DNA of 16,467 nt. It comes from Nitrosopumilaceae archaeon. GTDB lineage: Archaea; Thermoproteota; Nitrososphaeria; Nitrososphaerales; Nitrosopumilaceae. The stretch is taken from assembly GCA_965200155.1 (NCBI GenBank), contig CBDATR010000037.1:1-16467 (forward strand), written 5' to 3'. The notes beneath the pieces are model-generated. The model saw only the letters and a program-made list of their open reading frames with translations, was not told the DNA's origin and ran no database searches. A program made the position numbers and the translations under genes. Shown here piece by piece: positions 9,542 through 16,467 of this stretch; positions within the stretch are counted from its first letter, which is position 1; each line of letters opens with the position of its first letter.

Positions 9542-10232
9542 CCTTCCTCTTAATCTGCTCAGCCCTCAACTCACTCTCAAGCTCTAGCTTAGCCTTCCGC
9601 TGTTCCTCACGCAGCAAAGTAATCGCATAGCGGTTGAAATTGGTTTGAGCCAGCTCACTCTCATGCGGCTTCCCTTCAATACCAATGCTATTAGTGGTCT
9701 GGATGATAACAGGCAACACTGTCTCATCTCGCAGATCCTCCGCGGAACGGAAGTACTCCTCTATAGCAAGCTGCGACTCCCTCTCTTTAACCTTGAGAGC
9801 GATGGTCTGCTGCTTCTGAAAATTCTCATAGTCCTTCGCCTCAACTTTGGCGAGAAACTCTTGGCGCGCTTCCTGTATCGCAGATCGCGCGCTCTTCATT
9901 ACCGTACTACTATACCTATTCTCCATATACCGGAGCATATCATCGTACTCAGAACGAAGTCGGTCGGCTTCAAACACGGGCTGTCTACGGGCCTCACGGA
10001 AGCGCTGGGTCATCTCCTCATCAAGGTCCATGAATTCCTGAGAGAAGGTCTCTAGTTCCTGTTGTGCGAATGCTCCGGCGAATTGCTGCAAGCCCTGCCC
10101 AAGCTGCTCCAGCCCATTAGGTCCACGCGATCCACGGCCAGCGACGCGCGAACCGGCACTCACTCTGCCACCAGCAAGACGAACGCCGCTGATCTGCGTA
10201 GGGTTAGGTACTATCGTAGGAATAGTGGGCAT
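9477..10232 (-). CDS. Internal virion protein, gp15-like, N-terminal part (251 aa); may be fused to the next ORF by a +1 shift
   Basis: TAATG stop/start overlap with the gp14-like gene, AGGGGA upstream. The MPTIPT start, Gly/Arg-rich segment and GLEQLGQGLQQFA resemble N-termini of podovirus second ejection proteins. The rest is helical and charged. Confidence 0.65.
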   Translation of the reverse strand: MPTIPTIVPNPTQISGVRLAGGRVSAGSRVAGRGSRGPNGLEQLGQGLQQFAGAFAQQELETFSQEFMDLDEEMTQRFREARRQPVFEADRLRSEYDDMLRYMENRYSSTVMKSARSAIQEARQEFLAKVEAKDYENFQKQQTIALKVKERESQLAIEEYFRSAEDLRDETVLPVIIQTTNSIGIEGKPHESELAQTNFNRYAITLLREEQRKAKLELESELRAEQIKRKDAENVRLDELIDSIRDLSQRH

Positions 10233-10882
10233 TAAAATCTTCCCCTAACCGAGGGCCTGGTAGGATTGAAATCGAACAGGGTGTTCAGGTGCGGCAACGC
10301 ACTACTCGCGGCACCCAGCGCAACACCCGCCGTTCCAAATATACTACCAGCCGAGCCCCGAGGCTCAAGAGGTTCGTATGAGTCAAGTATCTGCGCCTGC
10401 TCCAAGTAATCTTCACCTGCGAGTATCTGCGAGAACTTCTGGAATTTGAGGCTCTCATCCTCTTGCCGGTATTGCCTTGTCAACCTGTCCAGGTTTTTTC
10501 TGAGGTTGTTGCGTGAGGTGGCGCGCTGTGTCCTGTATGCCGCTGATGTTAGGGAGAAGCCGCTAGCAGAACGCTCGACCTCGCGATCCGCCGTAGCATA
10601 GGCCGCATCGTCAAGCAGCGTATCCACACGGTCTCTATGGTGGAGCGCAAGAAACGACCTGTTGCGTTCTGTGATGTGTGCATTCAGCCTCTCCAGCAAG
10701 ACATTCCTTTTCAGCACTTTGGACTGATAAGCCTGTTCCAACCGTTCTTGCGCAAAATCGATGCGGTTCTGCGCACTCTGCCTCTGTTCCTGACTGTGCT
10801 GCTCGACTGCGCCCGCAACGGAACCAACCGCGCTGACAATGCCAGCGACAGCCGCGATCGTATCAATAATACCCAGTGGCAT
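10232..10882 (-). CDS. Internal virion / ejection protein, T7 gp14-like (216 aa)
   Basis: Ala/Gly-rich hydrophobic N-terminus (IAAVAGIVSAVGSVAGAV), Gln/Arg/Glu coiled coil, central SASGFSL motif, and a Gly/Ala hydrophobic segment near the C-terminus (GSIFGTAGVALGAASSAL). Size and position fit. The ATG abuts the upstream TAG with a Shine-Dalgarno sequence (GGAGGTGTAG-ATG). Confidence 0.75.
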   Translation of the reverse strand: MPLGIIDTIAAVAGIVSAVGSVAGAVEQHSQEQRQSAQNRIDFAQERLEQAYQSKVLKRNVLLERLNAHITERNRSFLALHHRDRVDTLLDDAAYATADREVERSASGFSLTSAAYRTQRATSRNNLRKNLDRLTRQYRQEDESLKFQKFSQILAGEDYLEQAQILDSYEPLEPRGSAGSIFGTAGVALGAASSALPHLNTLFDFNPTRPSVRGRF

Positions 10883-13800
10883 CTACACCTCCGTCCTGTT
10901 ACGCAAGGCTGCTAAGATGCGCCGGACTTGCGTATTATCCTCCGCGAGGTCTCCAAAATCAAAGTTCATCATCAGTCCCAGCAAGGTGAAGGGCAATTCA
11001 CTTTCTATCCTCAGATGATTATCATAATCCCAGTCATCGCCCAAGTCAACATCAAAGATGCCAGACTCGAAACTTTCTCCAATGAAGGTGCCGTCGCTCT
11101 TGGCAGGCTCATACATCTCCACATTACCGCCCGCGTCCACGGAGCCTACTCGCATCTTACTTGAATTGATGGCTCGCAGGGATACTTTATAGAGGCGTTT
11201 GGGTTTATTGTCCACCACCGCTTCACTCGTTACAAGAGGTAGTGTTTCTATGTGGGAGGTGAACGGTAGGCCGACGACGGCGGGCTCGTTTATCTCTATA
11301 GAGCCTTCACCTCTCAACGCCCCTTGTGTTCTAGTTGTCTTGCCACCTCGCACCACTACACTGACATTCTGGTTCTGCAGATGCCAAGCGTTGAACACCT
11401 CGTCGTCCCTACACAGTTCCCACTTCTCCATAGTCTTCCGAATATCAGTACCATGGAGCCAATAATTAATGTCGGTGGTATCCACTTCCCTGATCTTGGT
11501 CAGCTTAAATAATGTGGCTGATACTACGGTGCCCACTTCGTAGAGTCCACCAATAGTGCGGATATGGTCTCCCGCGGCAGGGGTGGGATCAACTGTCGCA
11601 CCCAATTGGGCACCCAAGCCATCATACCCAGCTTCAAACGAACGCGTGCTCGCCCTACTCTCACTATCCTCCGCTTTCTTCAGATAGCCATCCTCATATT
11701 CACCAATCGACAGGTCCACATCAAAGGAGTGCCAAGGCGTCTTGACTGCTGCATCGACTGGCGTTGCCTCGTCCAAATTATCCGCACCTTGTTTGGCAAA
11801 GCGCTCTATGAACTTATGACCACCACGCTCCACCACCATATAAGTGGCGTCGATGTCACCTTCATAGACAGTCTGCACATCCTTAAACTTACCCTTCGTA
11901 GCATGCTTAGCCCACGCTGACACCTGATGCTCAGGCGAATATGTACAACTAAGCATCGTGCCATCACCGCGCACAGTCCAGATGATACGATGCGGCCTGC
12001 CCGCGTACGACCAAGCGACGATGCGCTGGTCTGCGAAGAAGTGCCCGCTGTACAATGCAAGATCTTGTGTGTCGTACTGGTTATCAGCGGTTCTGACTGG
12101 TACGAGCGAACGCGGTGTCTGGTCCAAGTTGGACATGTACAGGATGTTGTTGAGGATGCGGATCGGTTCAACATCAGGCAAGCATCCACTCTCTTGCTCG
12201 TTCTTATTGACTGCGTTGGTGGCTGTCAGACCACCGCCATCGATGGATCGGACGAGCCAGATATTGCGCTCACTAAACATGAGCATGCCTACCTGCGCGT
12301 CCATTATGAAGTTGATCGGGTTGAAATACTTACTATCAACATCCAGCTCGAATGCACCAAACTCTGTGATGTCTTGGCTGAAGTCGTCACGGTGCCTCAG
12401 GCTGCTCGCGAATATGGTGGCAGGCTTTGCGTTTGTCGATACATAGAAGCGGCGCTGGTTGAACAGCGTTGAGGCGGTCGGGTAATTGTTGGTCTCGTCA
12501 AACGGATTATGCGGAACCTTCGGTACCTGATTAAAATCAGGCGATATCAAATCATAGAGGAAAGTGGGACTTTCACCTTGCGGCGGCTGTCTTACCTCAC
12601 CAATCAAACCCATTGGTGCGTACCCGACTGAGCTCTCAGGGATCTGTGTAGCCCCGCTTACCTCATCAGCCGTAACATCATCGTAGTTGTTCAAGATGAA
12701 GGGGATGTCGATGAAATCAGCCTCTTCAACGATGGTGGCGCCAGCGATGGCTGTGAGACCCGAATCAAAGTCATCGATCTTGCCATAGTTGTCAGATGTA
12801 TCACCGGGGTTCAGAGGATTTATCCTGTAAGTGTGTGATAGATCATCATCATAGCCCACAGCATACAAAACGCTATCATCAGACGCAAGACTAATAGGAC
12901 CAGAGATGTCAGAGAAAAGGCGCCCTCTATCAATACTGTTCGGAAGATCGAATACATTTATTTCCCACAGCCTGTAGGCTCTTTGCAGTTCTCTGGGTGT
13001 CGCCGTCACCTCATTACTCGCTGCGCCGTTGCCCACACTATTAACAGCGCGCAGCTGCACCGTATACAGGTCATCATTGTTCAAATCTGGTATGATGTAC
13101 TCGGCGGTGCCCTCACCACTATTTGGAATAGTGGTCCACTCATCATACGAGCCGGTACCCAGCTTATACCTATATTGCCAGCTCGACACAGTCACACCGC
13201 CGTCGTTGCCCGCAGACCATGCCAGGCCTATCTCGCCATTACGCGCAGCCGCCGACAGTACGGGGGCAAGCGGTGCGGTTGCGGATGCCACGACTGACCA
13301 GTCGAATGTTATAGGCGTCACCGCCCGACCCACGCTATCAGTAATGGTGACGGTGGCGGTGCCTGTCTCAGCACTAGTGGCTGTGCCGCTTATAGTCCGG
13401 GTGGCTGCGTCGAATGTAATGCCACTGGGCAGGCCTGTGACCGCATAGGTGATGTCGCCAAATCCATCCATGGCCTCATCTATGACGATGTCAGCTATCG
13501 CCTCATTAACAAGCCACGATGTATCGGAGATTGTCTGACCTGTGCTGGGACCAGTACCTGTGATCACCAAGATATGTGCTACTATGCCTCTCTCATCGGC
13601 TGGCCTGTTGTCACCATCGGCCGCAAATGTGCGGACATCTCCAGCTGCCGTATCGTGCAGATCGGAGATGTCTTCCAGTAAAGCACTAAACGCTCCACCG
13701 ATATGGTTGCCCCAGTCTGCGGTCTGTGATGTGCGCCTCCAGCCGATGTCAATGGCTTGCCCACTATTATTAGCTCTACCATAACCTACATAGTAATTGC

Positions 13801-16467
13801 TGGCATCTTCCCACCACGCAATGCCGGGCCAGGCTACGCCTGATGACATAAGCGGGCTGTTTTCAGTGTTGCCTAGACTGCCGCCTGTTGATGGGAGGGC
13901 GAGGCGAGGCATCGTTCCCACCGTTGGCGCAATGTTGAGGTCGGTGGACCAAAGCATTCCATCAGCTTCATCGGCATCAAAATCGCGCCAGTCGGTTTCC
14001 CAACTAGGCTCCCCGCCCGACACCGAGGTTGCTCGTTTATACTTGACACCGTCGTCTGTGTAGGCCGCTATGAGATAGTGATCGGGTTCGATGATGTTGT
14101 AGGCAATAGTAAGGGAGCCAGTATCACCATCCGCATCCGTAGCTGTTACCGTAATAGTACCGCTACCTGCATGCGCGGGGCTGCCTGCTATGGTACGAGA
14201 GGAGGCTGTGAAGGTAATACCTGTAGGCAGGTTGATCGCCGCATAGGTGATGGTGCCATTGCCGCCCACGGCTGCTGGTACAACATACGACTCTATGGTG
14301 TGCAGTCTGTGGCCTGTTATCGTGGGAGATACGACAGCCGAAAAATCAGGTGAAGTGTTGGCTTCCGGTGTAGCACTCGCTGTGTTGGACTGCGTACCAT
14401 TGCCTACGGCGTTAATGGCGCGGACTTGGAAACCATACTCAGTTCCATTATCCAAATTGGAGACTGTATGTGATACTGTGGCGGCATTACTGCCGCCGAT
14501 AGTGGTCCAACTGCCCCACTGTCCCGCACCCTCACGCTGACGATATTGCCAGCTAGTTATGGCTGCGCCATTGTCCGACCCTGCGGTCCATCCGAGCACC
14601 ACTTCCGAGTAACCGGCGCTCGCACCCAATGTCGCGGCACTAGGCGCCGCCGCGGGCGTTGCACTCACCTCATTACTGGCTGGACCATTACCATCAGCAT
14701 TGACAGCGCGGACTTGGAAGCTATAGGTTGTACCGTTGGACAGTGAGCTGTTGGTGTAACTAGTAGTGGAGGAGTTGCTATTAGGGACGTCAATCCACCC
14801 TCCATACGCACCACTACCTGTCTTCCTGCGATACTGCCATTTCGTTATCGTCGAACCACCGTCACCACCGCTTGTCCACTGCAGTGCTACCTGACTAGAA
14901 CCTCTACTCGCGGTAAGCGAAGCGGCTGCAGGTGTTGTAGACGGTGTGGCGCTTGCCTCTGATGAAGTCGCACTCGTACCAATGCTGTTAACAGCCCGCA
15001 CTTGGAATGTATATTCTGTACCGTTTGTCAGGCTTGTAAGAGTGAGGCTAAGAGATATAGCAGCACTATTCGTGACATCAGTCCATGCACCGTAGTTGCC
15101 GGTTGTCTTGACACGATACTGCCACTTCGTTATCGCCGAGCCGCCAGTCGTCGTAGTCGCTTCTAATGTAACTTGGGCGTTGCCCTTCGTAACAGAGAAG
15201 CCTGAAGGCTGCGAAGGAGCAGTCGCTGCTGATTCAGGCGTGGCACTTCTTTCATCCGAGGCAGCACCGGTACCATTCGCATTAACCGCCCGCACTTGGA
15301 ATGTATGAGTGGTACCGTTGGTCAATGAACTTACTACATACGATAGGTAACGACTGCTGCTATTCGGAACATCTGTCCAGCTACCGTAGCTGCCTGTAGT
15401 CTTCTGACGATATTGCCACTTCGTAATTGAAGAACCGCCATCAGTTGTAGTCGCGGCGAGCGTGACTTGCGCAGGCGCAGCCGTTGCTGTAAAGCCGGTG
15501 GGCTTTGTAGGTATTGCGGAAGGCGTGAATGATACGAAAGAAGACGCTGTGCCGTTACCAACGGCATTGACCGCGCGGACTTGGAATGTATAGGAGGTGC
15601 CATTTGACAAGTTTGTCAAGGTTAGGCTAGTAGTACTAGGTCCTGAGTTGGCGATGTCTGTCCAGCTACCGTAGTGGAGGAAAAGGCCCGGTATTCCAGT
15701 CCTTCTACGATACTGCCACTTCGTAATGGCATTGCCGCCATCCCCACCACTCACCCAAGTGATGGTTCCCTGCCTGTTACCCGGCTCCGCTCTTATCGAA
15801 GTAGGTTTCTTGGGTACTGTACCGACTGGCTCCGGCGGTGGGGGCGCAGCAGGTGTGAATGTCACAGCGTTAGATGCCGTGCCATTGCCCACAGCGTTAA
15901 CTGCTCGGACTTGAACGCGATGCTGCGTGCCGTTGGTCAGCCCTGTCAGTGTGAAATTGGTAGTGTTAGCATTTGAATTGGCAATGTTGGTCCAGCTGCC
16001 ATAGCTGCCACTGCCAACCCGAACGCGGTACTGCCATCTCGTGATTGCAGTACCCCCGTCACCACCGCTCACCCATGAAATGGTCGACTGCGCGTTGCTC
16101 TCAGAGGCACTCAGTGAGGTGGGTCTGCCCGGTACTGCTGCAGGCGTGAATGATACTTCATCAGACTGCGCACCATTGCCGATGGCGTTGACTGCACGCA
16201 CTCGTACAGAATACGAGGTTCCGTTTGTCAGACCAGTAAGTGTGACGCTGGTAGTACTAGACCCTGAGTTGGCAATGTTGGTCCACCCACCATACGAGCC
16301 AGTTCCCGCTTTGATGCGATATTGCCACCTCGTGATAGTGGAACCGCCATCCCCACCCGAGGTCCACGAGATAGTGCCTTGTGCGTTTCCTCTTGAGGCA
16401 CTGGGTGAAAGGGGCTTTTTAGGAACTGTAGCAGTTGTGGCAGGCGTGAATGATACGGTTTCGGATG
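10883..16467 (-). CDS. Giant phage tail tubular protein B (nozzle, T7 gp12-like) fused to an FN3/Ig-like domain array; 5' end lies outside the window
   Basis: I translated 16465 to 16202 by hand. The frame is stop-free (SETVSFTPATTATVPKKPLSPSASRGNAQGTISWTSGGDGGSTITRWQYRIKAG...LTNGTSYSVRVRAVN), so the GTG at 16201 is an internal Val. The C-terminal ~580 aa carry motifs I recognise from podovirus tail tubular protein B: GLIGE...ISPDF...NPF..TNNYPTASTLFNQRRFY, IIWTVRGDGTMLSCTYSPEHQVSAWAKHATKGKF, YMVVER, WHLQNQNVSV, VGLPFTSHIETLP. It lies directly upstream of gp14/15/16-like genes. Confidence 0.85.
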   Translation of the reverse strand, partial: SETVSFTPATTATVPKKPLSPSASRGNAQGTISWTSGGDGGSTITRWQYRIKAGTGSYGGWTNIANSGSSTTSVTLTGLTNGTSYSVRVRAVNAIGNGAQSDEVSFTPAAVPGRPTSLSASESNAQSTISWVSGGDGGTAITRWQYRVRVGSGSYGSWTNIANSNANTTNFTLTGLTNGTQHRVQVRAVNAVGNGTASNAVTFTPAAPPPPEPVGTVPKKPTSIRAEPGNRQGTITWVSGGDGGNAITKWQYRRRTGIPGLFLHYGSWTDIANSGPSTTSLTLTNLSNGTSYTFQVRAVNAVGNGTASSFVSFTPSAIPTKPTGFTATAAPAQVTLAATTTDGGSSITKWQYRQKTTGSYGSWTDVPNSSSRYLSYVVSSLTNGTTHTFQVRAVNANGTGAASDERSATPESAATAPSQPSGFSVTKGNAQVTLEATTTTGGSAITKWQYRVKTTGNYGAWTDVTNSAAISLSLTLTSLTNGTEYTFQVRAVNSIGTSATSSEASATPSTTPAAASLTASRGSSQVALQWTSGGDGGSTITKWQYRRKTGSGAYGGWIDVPNSNSSTTSYTNSSLSNGTTYSFQVRAVNADGNGPASNEVSATPAAAPSAATLGASAGYSEVVLGWTAGSDNGAAITSWQYRQREGAGQWGSWTTIGGSNAATVSHTVSNLDNGTEYGFQVRAINAVGNGTQSNTASATPEANTSPDFSAVVSPTITGHRLHTIESYVVPAAVGGNGTITYAAINLPTGITFTASSRTIAGSPAHAGSGTITVTATDADGDTGSLTIAYNIIEPDHYLIAAYTDDGVKYKRATSVSGGEPSWETDWRDFDADEADGMLWSTDLNIAPTVGTMPRLALPSTGGSLGNTENSPLMSSGVAWPGIAWWEDASNYYVGYGRANNSGQAIDIGWRRTSQTADWGNHIGGAFSALLEDISDLHDTAAGDVRTFAADGDNRPADERGIVAHILVITGTGPSTGQTISDTSWLVNEAIADIVIDEAMDGFGDITYAVTGLPSGITFDAATRTISGTATSAETGTATVTITDSVGRAVTPITFDWSVVASATAPLAPVLSAAARNGEIGLAWSAGNDGGVTVSSWQYRYKLGTGSYDEWTTIPNSGEGTAEYIIPDLNNDDLYTVQLRAVNSVGNGAASNEVTATPRELQRAYRLWEINVFDLPNSIDRGRLFSDISGPISLASDDSVLYAVGYDDDLSHTYRINPLNPGDTSDNYGKIDDFDSGLTAIAGATIVEEADFIDIPFILNNYDDVTADEVSGATQIPESSVGYAPMGLIGEVRQPPQGESPTFLYDLISPDFNQVPKVPHNPFDETNNYPTASTLFNQRRFYVSTNAKPATIFASSLRHRDDFSQDITEFGAFELDVDSKYFNPINFIMDAQVGMLMFSERNIWLVRSIDGGGLTATNAVNKNEQESGCLPDVEPIRILNNILYMSNLDQTPRSLVPVRTADNQYDTQDLALYSGHFFADQRIVAWSYAGRPHRIIWTVRGDGTMLSCTYSPEHQVSAWAKHATKGKFKDVQTVYEGDIDATYMVVERGGHKFIERFAKQGADNLDEATPVDAAVKTPWHSFDVDLSIGEYEDGYLKKAEDSESRASTRSFEAGYDGLGAQLGATVDPTPAAGDHIRTIGGLYEVGTVVSATLFKLTKIREVDTTDINYWLHGTDIRKTMEKWELCRDDEVFNAWHLQNQNVSVVVRGGKTTRTQGALRGEGSIEINEPAVVGLPFTSHIETLPLVTSEAVVDNKPKRLYKVSLRAINSSKMRVGSVDAGGNVEMYEPAKSDGTFIGESFESGIFDVDLGDDWDYDNHLRIESELPFTLLGLMMNFDFGDLAEDNTQVRRILAALRNRTEV
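10887..10892 (-). promoter_or_regulatory. Shine-Dalgarno site (GGAGGT) for the gp14-like gene, embedded in the last codons of the nozzle gene
   Basis: The minus strand reads GGAGGTGTAGATG. Confidence 0.75.
12995..13285 (-). other. Isolated, more diverged FN3-like domain within the nozzle ORF
   Basis: APLAPVLSAAARNGEIGLAWSAGNDGGVTVSSWQYRYK...WTTIPNS...DLNNDDLYTVQLRAVNSVGNGAASNEVTATP matches the array consensus. Confidence 0.9.
13290..13555 (-). other. Ig-like domain 2 (He_PIG-like) within the nozzle ORF
   Basis: GDITYAVTGLPSGITFDAATRTISGTATSAETGTATVTITDSVG; a clear paralogue of Ig-like domain 1. Confidence 0.85.
14090..14356 (-). other. Ig-like domain 1 (He_PIG / dystroglycan-cadherin-like) within the nozzle ORF
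   Basis: PAAVGGNGTITYAAINLPTGITFTASSRTIAGSP..AGSGTITVTATDADGD fits the He_PIG signature (Y....LP.G+.F....RT+.G.P.......+TVTATD). Confidence 0.85.
14366..16467 (-). repeat. Tandem array of 7 complete fibronectin type III-like domains (~95-100 aa each) plus the end of one more at the window edge
   Basis: The consensus P..P....A.......(W)..G.DGGS.IT(K/R)WQYR......YG.WT...NS.......L.NGT.Y.FQVRAVN..G.G..S..(V)S(F/A)TP recurs at about 16142-16441, 15851-16141, 15521-15820, 15236-15520, 14942-15235, 14654-14941 and 14366-14653. Confidence 0.93.

Larger units (their letters stand above)
1..16467 (-). mobile_element. Segment of a podovirus-like phage or prophage genome (tail and ejection module)
   Basis: Gene order nozzle, three ejection proteins, small proteins, spike, membrane protein. 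Single strand, near-complete coding density, and TAATG/TGATG/ATGA junctions. Free phage versus prophage cannot be decided from this window. Confidence 0.88.

Noticed and set aside
11963-11971. RGD tripeptide suggesting integrin binding in an FN3-containing protein
   Set aside because: It lies in the nozzle-core W.VR.DG motif, not in an FN3 loop, so it is most likely coincidental.
16199-16201. Start codon of the 1772 aa ORF as given in the track
   Set aside because: It is a GTG (Val) inside an FN3 VRAVN motif, and the frame stays open to the window edge.
14366-16230. Repeated NGT sequons as a eukaryote-like glycosylation signal
   Set aside because: L.NGT.Y is the ordinary tyrosine-corner motif of bacterial FN3 domains.
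14366-16467. Recurring 12-18 bp sequences at ~290-300 bp spacing considered as a CRISPR array or DGR template/variable repeats
   Set aside because: The spacing equals the protein domain length and the repeats are in-frame coding sequence. No adenine-specific mismatch pattern, reverse transcriptase or cas gene is visible.
1-16467. Alternative genetic code or stop-codon reassignment
   Set aside because: The standard code gives near-complete coding density, and TAA, TGA and TAG all occur at well-coupled gene ends.

Overview
This window is a 16.5 kb piece of the late (virion morphogenesis) operon of a podovirus-type tailed phage or prophage. All credible genes are on the minus strand and tightly coupled. 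In transcription order (right to left): (1) a very large tail tubular protein B / nozzle-like gene (T7 gp12-type C-terminal core), open past the right edge with at least 1860 aa visible, carrying 8 complete fibronectin type III-like domains, the end of a ninth, and 2 Ig-like (He_PIG/cadherin-like) domains; (2) a gp14-like ejection protein; (3) a gp15-like ejection protein split into two ORFs that overlap by 65 nt in a +1 frame; (4) a 1369 aa gp16-like ejection protein with a long Lys/Glu-rich, partly AT-rich central block; (5) two small beta-rich proteins; (6) a ~864 aa candidate tailspike/receptor-binding protein; (7) the start of an uncalled small membrane protein at the left edge. The main novelty candidate is the adhesin-like FN3/Ig array fused in frame to the nozzle protein. 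Family assignments come from my own motif recognition and gene order, not from database searches. I found no RNA genes, CRISPR arrays or IS elements.
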